Below the pieces are notes generated by a model. It had not been told where the DNA came from. It made no database searches and worked only from the letters and a program-made list of their open reading frames with translations. From Zancudomyces culisetae HAW-14-8 (taxonomy: Eukaryota > Fungi > Kickxellomycota), in NCBI GenBank assembly GCA_052426225.1, contig JBNJNM010000009.1:124001-188000 (forward strand): 64,000 nt of DNA. The letters are read 5' to 3'. The number at the start of each line of letters is the position of its first letter. Within the stretch, counting starts at the first letter, position 1. This document shows, piece by piece, positions 13,898 through 25,455 of this stretch. A program made the position numbers and the translations under genes.

Positions 13898-15641
13898 ATG
13901 GAAAGCGGAAAGAAAAACAATGAGAAAAAAAAGGTAAAGAAGGCAGTAGATCCACGGGTAAACATGCTGATCAAGCGGGGAGTGGTTAGGAATCACCGGA
14001 GCATTATAATGGTGGTTGGGGATCATGGAAAGGAACAGGTGGTGAATATCCACTACATGTTGTCGCAGGCGAAGAATGGAGCACGACCAAGTGTGTTGTG
14101 GTGCTACAAAAAGGAATTGCTTGGGTTTACGAGTCATCGCAAGAAGCGGGAGGCCAAGATAAAGAAGGAGGTGAAAAGGGGGCTGAGAGAGGTGAATGAG
14201 CAGGATCCGTTCGAATTGTTTGTAAACCTGACCAATATCCGATACACGTACTACAAGGAGAGCGAAAACATATTGGGAAACACGTTTGGGATGCTTGTGT
14301 TACAGGATTTCGAAGCGCTGACGCCAAACCTATTGGCACGGACAATAGAGACGGTGGAAGGTGGCGGAGTGGTAGTTTTCTTGTTATCAGGAATGAAGTC
14401 GCTGAAACAGGTGTATACAATGGCGATGGATGTACACAGCCGGTATCGCACAGAGGCGCACGAAGAGGTAGTTGGGCGATTCAACGAGCGATTCATACTG
14501 TCATTAGGCGAGTGCCAAGAGTGTCTATTTGTAGATGATGAGCTGAACGTGTTGCCAATTTCAGCAGGTAAACAGATTGCAGGAGACGGAGGGAGTACAG
14601 GGGGAGGTTGGGAAGAAGCGGAAAGTGCAGCACGCAAACAACGACAGGCAGAACTGGAAGGTGTCAAGGCATCGGTTGCAGGAGCGGAAGGAGGTGTTGG
14701 GGAACTGGTTCAGAAAGCACGAACCGTGGAGCAGGCAAAAGTACTGATGGAGCTGGCGGACACGATTCGTGAAAAGAAGTTGCGGACAACAGTGGCACTT
14801 ACAGCAGGAAGAGGACGTGGAAAATCGGCCACACTGGGGTTGGGACTGGCATATGCAATCAGCGAAGGGTACAGCAATATATATGTGACATCGCCATCGG
14901 CAGAGAATCTCAAAACACTGTTTGAATTTGTGTTTGTTGGATTTGATGCACTCGGGTATGAAGAACACTTGGACTACGATATAGTGATGAAGAGTATGGA
15001 CGAAATCGGTGACGGCCACAAGGGAGGGAGCAGCGACCAAAATGGCAAAAACAACTTGGTGGTGCGAATCAATGTGTTTAGAGAACACCGCCAAACTATC
15101 CAATACGTGATGCCACAGGACAGCCACATGCTGTCACAGGCGGAATTGGTGGTGATTGACGAGGCAGCAGCAATTCCACTGCCACTAGTCAGTAAACTGC
15201 TGGGACCCTACCTTGTGTTTATGGCATCAACAATCAACGGCTACGAAGGCACTGGACGGTCGCTGAGTCTGAAGCTGATCAAGCAGTTGCGAGAACAGAG
15301 AGTAGGTGGCGACAAGACTCGGCAGCTCAAGGAAGAACGGCTGGACGAACCAATCCGGTACTCGATGAATGACGGGGTTGAAAAATGGCTCAACAAGTTG
15401 CTGTGTTTGCAGATGGACGATACACACATGGCTCGGGGTGGAATTCCACACCCTAGCAAGTGCGAGTTGTTTAAGGTCAACCGTGACAAGTTGTTTTCTT
15501 ACCATCCAGTAAGCGAAAGAGTTTTACAGAAAATGGTTGGATTGATGACCAGCAGTCATTACAAAAACACACCTAACGATATCCAGTTAATGAGCGATGC
15601 TCCAGCTCATGAACTGTATGTACTACTTGCCCCACAACAAG

Positions 15642-15673
<32 letters not shown>

Positions 15674-17038
15674 GCAAATGGTGGTAGTGGAAGTGGTAGT
15701 GGTGCTATACAACTACCCGAGCCTCTAGTCGTTATCCAGGTCTGTTTGGAAGGTCAAATCAGTCGCAAAACAATCATGAGCAACCTGAGCCGTGGTATTA
15801 AATCTGCCGGCGATCTGATTCCTTGGCTAGTATCACAGCAATTCCAGGACTCCAACTTTGCATCACTTAGCGGTGCACGCATTGTCCGTATCGCCACGCA
15901 TCCCGACTACTGTGGCATGGGTTACGGTAGCCGTGCTCTCAGCCTTCTGTATGATTTCTACAGCTTTAAGTTTGTCTCGCTTTCTGATACCCCATCGGTC
16001 AATTCCTCTGAACCACTATTTGCTAGTCTTTCACAGATAAAACCTCCTACTACCACTGTAACCAATGCAGCTAGAGTTAGAATTGGAGCTGATGGTAATG
16101 GTAATGGTAATGGTGATGGACAGACTGAGCAGCCATTGATTCGTTGGGTTGGTACATCGTTTGGATTGACCAACCAACTGTTCAAGTTTTGGACCTCCAA
16201 GAACCTCCAGTATCGACCCATATATCTTCGCCAAACAAAGTCGGATCTAACAGGCGAACACACCGTAGTCATGCTGAAAACCCTCAACGAGTCCGACGAC
16301 TGGCTGTCATTGTTCTGTGCTGACTTTTTAACCCGTTTCCTCACTTTGTTGAGCTACGACTTTTCTGCATTTGACCCACTTTTGGCCCTACGAATCCACC
16401 AGTCTACCTCTCCTTCTCTATCTCTCATAAACTCCTCTTCTTCCAGACCCTTTGTTCTGGGCGACTATTTCTCACCATACGATTTAAAGCGATTGGAGTC
16501 CTACTCCAATAATATCCTTGACTACCACGTCATCACCGACCTTTTCCCCACTCTTGCCCACCTCTACTTTTCAAATAAACTGGCTGCTTTGCCTGACCCT
16601 ATCTCTCTCAGCGGCACTCAGCAAGCCGTTCTCCTAGCTTTTGGTCTGCAACACTCTCCTGTTGAACTGATTGCCTCCAAACTCAACTGCTCTGAATCTG
16701 TTGTTCTCGCCCTCCTACTCAAAATCATCAAGAAATTCGTCACTTTTTTCAACTCTCTACTTGCGAATGAATCTCTCAATAACACCACCACCACCACAAC
16801 CAGCACTACTAATAATTCTACTACCACTTCATCTATCACTGAAAGTTCTAACACATCTGGCCCTACTCTGGGCTCAAACACAATTGTTTCCTTAAAACAA
16901 TCCCCAACCACTCAACCACAACCCTCCTCCACCAAAGACTCTAAATCTGTCTCCCAATCCCTTTTGGAAAGTGAAAACAAACGTAAAATCTCTTCCAAAA
17001 AACACGTCAAAATGTCCAAAAAAACTAGAATTTCTTAA
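13898..17038 (+). CDS. KRE33: RNA cytidine acetyltransferase Kre33/NAT10
   Basis: Motifs VLWCYKK, LGNTFGMLVLQDFEALTPNLLARTIETVEGGG, Walker A AGRGRGKS, IDEAAAIP, STINGYEGTGRSLSLKL, SHYKNTPND and GNAT RIVRIATHPDY.GMGYGSRA. Confidence 0.98.
15635..15673 (+). repeat. (CAA)n poly-Gln tract inside KRE33
   Basis: QQEQQQQQQQQQQ encoded by CAA repeats. Confidence 0.9.
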
Positions 17039-17160
17039 TCCCACCCCTCCTCCTCCTCCCCCTTTTCCTTATTTACCCTTCGTTTGTTTGTTTGTTTGTT
17101 TGTTTGTTTGCTTTTTGTTTACTTGTTTATTTATTTAGTAATATATTGAAAATAAAAACC

Positions 17161-18181
17161 CTAAACATATTGTGAAATCCAGCGGAACCCTATTCATATT
17201 ACATTTTCAAACTATATTTAATCATCGCTCCCCCTCCCCTCGCCTCCCCTCAATTTAATCTTAAAACTTCAAAGCCCACTTACCATCTCCATATCCCTGA
17301 CGCATCACCACACTACACATAAACAACTCAATCGGCCTCATATCCCTCAACGCAACCTTGCCCTTGCCAGTAGTCTGGAACATGCCCAGCTCGGTTCGCA
17401 ACTCCTCCTCCGCTACTGCTCCTGGTGCATCAATCTTGTTTCCAAATACAAGGAATGGCACGTTCTGCAACTCCTCAATTGCCAACAGCGCATCCAGCTC
17501 TGCCTTGGCCTCTGCAAACCGTTCGCGGTCCGCTGAATCCACCATAAATACTATTGCTGATACTTCTGGGAAGTAATCGCGCCACAATCGTCGTGCTTGG
17601 ACGTGCCCTCCCAAATCGTATGTTGTGAAATGCACACTGCCAATTGACAGCTCCTCACTCGCTATTTTTTTTTTCATTCACATCCCACAACCAAGAAAGT
17701 ATTAAGTAATCATCCTATACACATATTCCTCTCTTTTACAAAAAAAAAATATACTAGAGTAGAATATAATCTTGAGGCTCCTTGCTCTCCCTTTCTTTTT
17801 TTTTATATTACTTACTTGGATGTAATGTTGGTTGCAATGTCGCCAACCGATCATTCTTCAACATGTGCAACAACGTGGTCTTTCCCGCATTGTCCAGTCC
17901 CAAGAACAATATCTTTGCATTTTTGTTCATAAGTCCTATTTTTTATTACAAATTCAAATTATACCATCATTATTATTAATATCATTATTATCATCATTCC
18001 CTCGCTACACTTTATCCTATCCTCCCTCTTCTCTTTTTTTTCTTGTTGCTATTCTTTCCTTTTATTTTTCCTATTCCCCACCCTTTCCCCCTACCCTTCT
18101 CTTTCTTTCTGCTAAATTTCATATTCAATATCACCTACCGAAACTTCGGAGTACGTCAAAAAACCAATCTATAATAAACAT
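17161..18181 (-). CDS. SAR1: Small COPII GTPase Sar1 (189 aa); exons 18181-18139, 17935-17816, 17661-17284, 17189-17161
   Basis: Spliced product [82 protein letters not shown]; three canonical GT-AG introns. Confidence 0.97.
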
Positions 18182-19720
18182 TTTTGCTCAAATTGAATTG
18201 CTCCCTCTTTTTTTTTTCTGTGTCTTGGTCACTATTCATCCAAATGTTTGTTTCAATTATTAGAAGTTACTTTTATCTTGTCTATTTTCTACTTTGCAAA
18301 TTCTTATTTACCTTGTTTGTTTACACCAAATTTATCTCTTTATGTGCAACTATTATTTGTTTTTTATTACTTGTTTTATTAATGCAAGTGCAAAATTTAA
18401 ATTCCTTGAAAAAAGTAACCCCATTAAAAAAATGCCATATTTTCATTTATTTCACATTTTTCTTGGAAATATTAGTTTCTAGAACATTTTTTTTTTCATC
18501 CCTTTATTCTCCAATTTTATTAATTTTAATGTTAATAATATTTTATTTCTGTTTTTTATTTACTTGTGATAATGTCTATAAAAGAAATTTATTATTAATA
18601 GTATAAAGGCTAATTTGCCGTTGTTATATATTTTTAATCCTTAAAACTACTTTTTTTAGCAATTTATTTTATGCCTTGTTCTCTAGTATGTATTGAGAAA
18701 AAATCTTGGTGCAAAATTTACCCAAACCCTAACTCTCTCATCACTCCCTCCCATCATCATCATTCATCACCATCACCCCTTCTTCCACAATCATCTAGAA
18801 TTGTCTTTGATACAAGTTTAAAGTAGCCATACCCATCAACACCCCTGCCACACTTTACTTTTTCCTTATTTGAAATATGCCATACCCTCTAATATTAGTA
18901 TAGGTTTACTTCAAATCGCTGTTTATTTAATTTTCCATTCAATACACACAATTTTAAATACATCTTTTTTTAAAAAAAAAACAAATCTAATAATACACTT
19001 TTTATCATCCTCTCCTCTCTTCACCTCTCTTCTCCCCCTCCTAGTGACCCATCTGTTTTTTCTTTATTATGCATCGGGCAATATACATATATGTACAGTA
19101 ACATGTTCAAAAACTAATTGCACATATATCCAGCTGTAACTTGCATTTTTTTCCCCATTTTTTAGAGTTTACAAGCTTTTGGATATATGTGACTAAAAAT
19201 TATTGGCTAAATAATTTCCACGCTTTTTTTCTTTTTTTATCTTCCCTTTATTATCATTTGTAAATAATTTTTTATCGTGTATTTATTCACATGTTTTATT
19301 TTTTTTTTTGCACAATCATTTATCCCACAAATTCACACCCTTGCACCCCCCACCTACTTTTCCAAATTCATTTCTATAAACACGTCCGTATCAATCCATT
19401 CAACACAGTATTCACCTAAAATCTTTGGTCATTGAAACCACACAACTTTCCAGCACTATTTTACACACAAACTGGTCCCTACAATGTTTTGTTTTGTTTT
19501 GTATTAACAAAATCTACAACAACACTAAAAAAGCAGTGTCTTTGAGAGGTTAGATAAGACAGCGAAAAGCATTAGTAAAATTAATATTAATAAATTATAT
19601 TCTTATTCATGACACATAATAAAATAGTAAAACAAGTGTTGTATACAAAAAGTAGCTTTGAGCGGTGATCAAATGATTGAAAAAAGAGGGAAAAAAGGAA
19701 CATAAAAATAATCACTACAT

Positions 19721-20872
19721 CTAGTACTTCAACTGTTTGGGTTGTTCCCAGCTGAATTCTTCACGACCAAAGTGACCGTAACACGCGGTGTCTTGGTAAA
19801 TTGGCTTGAACAGATCCAGTTTTTGGACAATTACTCCTGGTCGGAGGTCAAAGTTCTCTTTGATCAATTGTAGGATCTTCTCCTTTGGAATCTTCTCGGT
19901 ACCATATGTATCAACATACACTGATAGTGGCTCGGCTACTCCAATGGCGTATGAAAGCTGGACCAAACAACGGCGAGCTATTCCGGAGCTCACTATGGAT
20001 TTGGCGATCCATCTGCTGGCATATGCTGCTGATCTGTCGACCTTAGAAAAGTCCTTTCCTGAGAAGGCACCACCTCCGTGTGCACCCCATCCTCCGTATG
20101 TATCTACAATAATCTTACGTCCTGTAAGCCCAGCATCTCCCTGAGGTCCTCCAATTACAAACTTTCCTGAAGGCTGCAAGTGGAGAATGGTCTTTTCATT
20201 CATGTATTCAGCTGGGATGACTGTGTCAATGACCTTTTCTTTCAGCTGTTTTCTGAGTTCCTCAGTTGAAATATCTGGTGAGTGTTGTGTTGAAATAACA
20301 ATGGTATCAACTCTCAATGGAATCATGGCACCGGCTTCATTCTTATACTCAACAGTGACTTGAGTCTTTGAGTCTGGTCTCAACCAGGCCATATCACCAC
20401 TTCTTCTCAATTCTGCCATCTTCATGTTGAGCTTGTGTGCCAACACAATGGTCAATGGCATAAGCTCTGGGGTTTCATCGGTGGCATATCCAAACATAAT
20501 TCCCTGATCTCCTGCACCAATGTTTTCTATTTCTGATCCGTTCTGGACCAATCCTTGATAGATATCTGGTGATTGTTGTTCTATTCCTACTAATATGTTA
20601 CATGTTTTATAGTCAAACCCTTTGCTAGAGTCGTCGTATCCAATCTTCTTGATCACACCTCTGATAATCTTTTGGTAGTCCAAAACGGCCTTTGTTGTGA
20701 TTTCTCCAAAGACCATAATCATCCCTGTCTTTGCGGCAGTTTCGCAAGCCACTTTGGACATTGGGTCTTGTTCCAAACAGGCATCAAGGATAGCGTCTGA
20801 GATTTGGTCACAGATCTTGTCTGGGTGTCCCTCACCTACTGACTCTGAAGTAAACAAAAATGTTTCAGCCAT
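19721..20872 (-). CDS. SAM2: S-adenosylmethionine synthetase
   Basis: Motifs [42 protein letters not shown] and GGGAFSGKD; 383 aa. SAM1 versus SAM2 naming cannot be resolved. Confidence 0.98.
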   Translation of the reverse strand: MAETFLFTSESVGEGHPDKICDQISDAILDACLEQDPMSKVACETAAKTGMIMVFGEITTKAVLDYQKIIRGVIKKIGYDDSSKGFDYKTCNILVGIEQQSPDIYQGLVQNGSEIENIGAGDQGIMFGYATDETPELMPLTIVLAHKLNMKMAELRRSGDMAWLRPDSKTQVTVEYKNEAGAMIPLRVDTIVISTQHSPDISTEELRKQLKEKVIDTVIPAEYMNEKTILHLQPSGKFVIGGPQGDAGLTGRKIIVDTYGGWGAHGGGAFSGKDFSKVDRSAAYASRWIAKSIVSSGIARRCLVQLSYAIGVAEPLSVYVDTYGTEKIPKEKILQLIKENFDLRPGVIVQKLDLFKPIYQDTACYGHFGREEFSWEQPKQLKY

Positions 20873-23259
20873 TTTCTATATTGTATATTATTTCTTCTAT
20901 AGTTCCTTAAAACTGCTGTAGTGTAAAATACCCTAACTTTTTTTCTTCCTTCAAAGAAAAATGAAAAGTGTAATTAATCCAAGTTGTGGAAATGGAAACT
21001 TGCAAGTAGAAAAAAAAAAGGGTCGAAGTTTATTTGTTTTATACCATTTTTCACGTATATTATTTCAGCTTAAATGTATTTGTTATTCAAAAAATTACTA
21101 AGCAAAAGGTGGGAAAGAAGCATGCAAGCGTTTCTCAAAAAAAAAAAAAAAATTTTTTTTTTAGTTAGCGGATCAATTTATTGTCCCAACCTTAGCTTGT
21201 TAAAGTACCCATGAAAAAAAGAAAAAAATTAGGTGTTTGTATTTAAATAACAGGGCTGCATTATTTTTATTACAAAGATCACACCAGCATTTGCTCTGAA
21301 ATGTGGAAAAAAAAGAAAAAGTTTCTAATCCCAACTTGGAATTTAAATTTTGTGAACGAAGCCGAGCTGTTCAATCTCAAAAGCAGATCGTTTGGCCAAT
21401 AAAATCACCAGGTTATTTGTAATTTTCTTGTGTTATTAAGCTTAGGATTTTATTTTTTTGCTTTTGCCAATTAATAACAGATTTTTTGCTAAAATGTCGC
21501 CACCAATTTACCATTAACATTTTGATTTGACCTGTTATTATTGTTATTTTCAGATTTTTGTGTGCAGTTTTTGGTACTTTAACCCGATGCATCCTACAAG
21601 CAAAATGGAAAAGCGAAATGAAAAATGGAAAACCCAAATGTCCGATTGTGTTAGCATATAAAAACAGCAATAAAAAACTCGGTGGAACACAAAATCACAT
21701 ACACAAATGTGCAATTATATTATCCCTTTTTCTGTTATTTACCTTTCGCAAAATGGGTATTTTGAGAGTATCACTACAATTAAACTTTGGGACTTTATCT
21801 CGTATAAAAGATGCTGCTACTAAAAGAGAAAAAATAAGAGTAACACGTGTCGGAGTTTAATATTGTTTTATCTCTTGTATTTATTCTTACCCCATTAGAA
21901 GACAAAGTAATAGATGGTGACTTTTTTAGTACGAAGCGTGTATGATATACCCCTTATCCACCAAATGAATACACCCATCAAGTAGTAAGGATATCATCAC
22001 TCTATCCTGAAACACCATTTTTTTCATACTCAGATATGCAATAAATCATAGCATCAGCCATTGGTTACCTCAATCTATAAAAAAAATGATGTAGAAAGAT
22101 GCGAGCATTTGAAATGATTCCAACTCCATTACAGGCTCGCATCTTCCTGCAGTCGCCCTTTGACGCCACGTACTATTATTTTAACCTCATCGTTTCGATT
22201 TAGAATGCACTGGATCACACCACTGTTGCTAGTTTGCAGGCTACAAGAATTCGTGTATTGACTCTACTCACTCATGCACAGCTGTATGTATACATGCATT
22301 TCCTACCCTTATTTTTTTGTAAGTAGTCATAGTTATGATCAACAAAGAGCAAATAGGATATATTACTACAAACTACATAGAAATAACAGCAAACTCTACA
22401 TATAACTAAACCAATTCGGGAAACCTCCAACTTTCTAGTCGGTGGTTTGTCTATTTATACGCCCATCATGTTTACCTCATCCTCAAAACTCCAAGCCCAA
22501 GTCCTACTATATCACACATTCCTTATTTAACTTTTTTTCTACATATTTTATAAATGAACCAAGAAATCTTGGTGTTTACTTTGCTTTTGGTATTAACTAA
22601 CAGTTTTTTATTTTATTTTTCACTGATAATCATAAACAGTATTTGCTAAATCACAAATAATGATACCACCCTCCCCCCTATCATAACAAAATCACACGTA
22701 AATATTTCCGGTATTATTTTTGTTTAAATCATTATAAAGTGAATAAAAAATTTTTTCGTGGTTTTTAAATTTCCAGTATTTTTGAATGCAATAATTGCAA
22801 AGATATAGCCTATATTACGTGATTGTTCACGAATGCGCCATTGAAAAAAAAATTTCACTCCACTGTGGCTAGTATACAAGATCCACAACTTGACATCATT
22901 GAAGTTGTTTTTTTTAATAGTATTGAAGAACCTTTTGGCTGTCCCTTACATCCTCTCATTTTGAAAAATCATTCCAAGCAACCTAGCTATGGGTACAAGG
23001 CTTGCCATCCACCATGCTACAGCTAATTACTTGTTTTAATGTGCAAGTTTTTGCACATTTTCTGTACTACTGCATCACGTTGCAAAAGTGTGTTTTAGTT
23101 GTATAAATTGGTAGAATTTACTTCAAGTTTATTATTATTTGCTCATAAATAAATATTAATTAGTAACGCTATTAAATATGGTCTGATAGCAGCATGCTCG
23201 CTATTCTGCCAATTTAAGGCTGGATCCATTGGCATATTTTAAGTTATTTGGAAAGCCAG

Positions 23260-25455
23260 TTACACATTACTTTGTAATCGTGGCTCGCCCTGGTAACGTG
23301 GACGGTATGGATTCGGAATTCGTACGTAATATGGCGAATCATACTCCGAATCAGAATATTTTGTGTTTTCATCCATTCTCATTGGTTTATTTGGTCTTTT
23401 TTGAGGGTACTTGTCATCATTGGGTCTTTTGGGTCTAATCGGCTCATTGGTATCATAACGCCCATAATAATCATTATATCCATTATATCCATTATGTCCA
23501 TTGTGTCCATTGTGTCCATTTTGTCCATTTTTTTTGTCATCATCATCATCATCACCATCATCATAATCATAATCAGGCCTGGATGGTCCATTTGGTCTTT
23601 GTGGTCTTTGTGGTCTTTGTGGTCTTTGTGGTCTTTGTGGTCTTTGTGGATCATATGAAGGTCGTCCTTCGCTGTCATACGCATCCTTTGTGCTCACATA
23701 ATTTTTAACTGCCGAGGTTGTATAATTGATTGCACTTGTAGTTGTATAATCAACTGTGGTTACAATCACACACTCAGTAACACTAGACGTTGTATATGCA
23801 ACGATGTTTGATGTAACATACTCAGAGGTTCTTGATGTGATATGCTCACTGATAGATGTCGTTTTGTAGAACACAGTACTCGTTTCTGTGTATTTGATAA
23901 CTGTTGGCTCTGTATAGTAAATACATGTTGGTGTCACATAGTACACAACGCTGGAGGTTTTATAATAAACTGTGCTTGGTGATGTGTAGCTTATATCTGA
24001 TGTTGTTGTGTAGTAAACAGTGCTAGATGCTGTATAGTCGATAGAAGAGGAGAGTATACAATCTGTGGTGCTAAACGTAGGATGCTCAACGGTTTCAACT
24101 TTTGTATAGTAAATAACATTCGATTCGGTATTACAAACCGTACTGCTTTCTGTGTTGTATATCACACTTGGTGTTGTGTAATATACTGTGCTTTCTGATG
24201 AACCATATACTGTACTTGTTTTGGTGTGACATGCTATGCTTGTTGAGGTATAACAAGTCGTGGTTTGTGTTGTATAGTGAATTATACTTGGTGTTGTGTA
24301 ATATAATGTGGTCGATGTAGTATAGTAACTCGTACTCTGTGTTGTGTAGTTTATACTGGTTGTTGATGTGTAGAAAATACTGGGTGTTCCATAGTAAATT
24401 GCACTGGGGAGTGTGCGGTAAAGCTCAGATGTTTTTGTGTTATTGATGACAGTATATGTAACATAGTAGGAGACACTAGATGTTGTGCAGTAGCTAGTAC
24501 TAAGTGCTGTGTCGTAGATGGTGCTAGTTTTTGTATCGTAGATGGTACTACATTCCGTATCATAAGTAATGCTGGTTATTGTGCAATGTGTTACACTTGA
24601 ATCTGTAACATAGATTGTGGTTGGCTGTGTATAGTAGATTGTACTTGTTTCTGTGGTATATACAGTGCTTGACTCTGTATGGTTAATTGTACTATATGTT
24701 TTGTAGAATACAGTAGATGTTGATGTGTACTGTACAATAGATGTTGTTGTGTACACAACAATGCTAGATGTTGTATAATCTGTTGTGCTTGTCAGTATAC
24801 AGTCTGTAATACTTGATGTTGTATATTCTACAACGCTTGATGTTGTGTACTCTACAGTTTTAGATGTTGTATACTCACTGGTGCTAGATGTTTTATAAAG
24901 ACTGACGCTGGATGTTGTGTACTCAACTACGCTTGGATAGGTGTACTCAACAACAGTGGATGTGATATAACTAGTGGTGCTGGATGTTGTGTAATATACG
25001 GTGGATGGCGTTGTATAAGATACGACTGATGATGTCACATAAGTAATTACGCTCGAAGTTGCATATTCTGTTTTGGTTGGGGTTGTTGTGTTATAAACGG
25101 TTTTGCTTGTGTTATATTTCTGAGATTGTGACTGTGGTTCATAAGGCGCTCGTTTTATATCAGTGACTGGTTTATATCCCATTTTTTGCTTATCCATTGG
25201 GTACTCTACCTTGGGATAACCAGGTTTGTATACAGGATATCTTGGATAGGGTTCGTACTCATCGATATCGTAATCAGGAATTGCCATCTCGTCCTGAATA
25301 TTGTTTCTATCCTGGATGTTGTTTCTATCCTGGATATTCTCTCTATCCTGAATATTGTTTCTATCCATATCTCTTCCAATCACAGCGGCGTTTGCTAGGT
25401 TTGCCGCAAACAACAAACAGCCTATAACACTGCTAAAACCAACCTTTGGTTTCAT
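23260..25455 (-). CDS. Secreted Tyr/Thr/Ser-rich octapeptide-repeat protein (731 aa), unknown function
   Basis: Signal-peptide-like N-terminus (MKPKVGFSSVIGCLLFAANLANA), RxNIQD x4, 58 consecutive Y-T-T-S-S-x-V-x-like units, and C-terminal PQR and NG(H/Y) repeats. Confidence 0.85.
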   Translation of the reverse strand: MKPKVGFSSVIGCLLFAANLANAAVIGRDMDRNNIQDRENIQDRNNIQDRNNIQDEMAIPDYDIDEYEPYPRYPVYKPGYPKVEYPMDKQKMGYKPVTDIKRAPYEPQSQSQKYNTSKTVYNTTTPTKTEYATSSVITYVTSSVVSYTTPSTVYYTTSSTTSYITSTVVEYTYPSVVEYTTSSVSLYKTSSTSEYTTSKTVEYTTSSVVEYTTSSITDCILTSTTDYTTSSIVVYTTTSIVQYTSTSTVFYKTYSTINHTESSTVYTTETSTIYYTQPTTIYVTDSSVTHCTITSITYDTECSTIYDTKTSTIYDTALSTSYCTTSSVSYYVTYTVINNTKTSELYRTLPSAIYYGTPSIFYTSTTSINYTTQSTSYYTTSTTLYYTTPSIIHYTTQTTTCYTSTSIACHTKTSTVYGSSESTVYYTTPSVIYNTESSTVCNTESNVIYYTKVETVEHPTFSTTDCILSSSIDYTASSTVYYTTTSDISYTSPSTVYYKTSSVVYYVTPTCIYYTEPTVIKYTETSTVFYKTTSISEHITSRTSEYVTSNIVAYTTSSVTECVIVTTVDYTTTSAINYTTSAVKNYVSTKDAYDSEGRPSYDPQRPQRPQRPQRPQRPQRPNGPSRPDYDYDDGDDDDDDKKNGQNGHNGHNGHNGYNGYNDYYGRYDTNEPIRPKRPNDDKYPQKRPNKPMRMDENTKYSDSEYDSPYYVRIPNPYRPRYQGEPRLQSNV
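23677..25065 (-). repeat. Degenerate 24-bp coding tandem repeat (58 units, one of them 7 aa)
   Basis: 1389 nt = 463 aa = 58x8-1; the register is kept from YATSSVIT to YVSTKDAY. Confidence 0.9.

Noticed and set aside
13264-17038. tRNA gene next to the tRNA/rRNA acetyltransferase KRE33
   Set aside because: Kre33/NAT10 acts on tRNA-Ser/Leu and 18S rRNA, not tRNA-Arg; the adjacency is probably coincidental.
17782-19139. Plus-strand Phe/Leu/Ile-rich ORFs that look like membrane proteins
   Set aside because: They overlap SAR1 exons/introns and its T-rich promoter on the opposite strand; the hydrophobicity reflects T-richness.
23677-25065. Direct call as an InaZ-type ice nucleation protein
   Set aside because: The octapeptide period is shared, but the Gly/Ala-containing AGYGSTxT consensus and a clear 16/48 hierarchy are absent.
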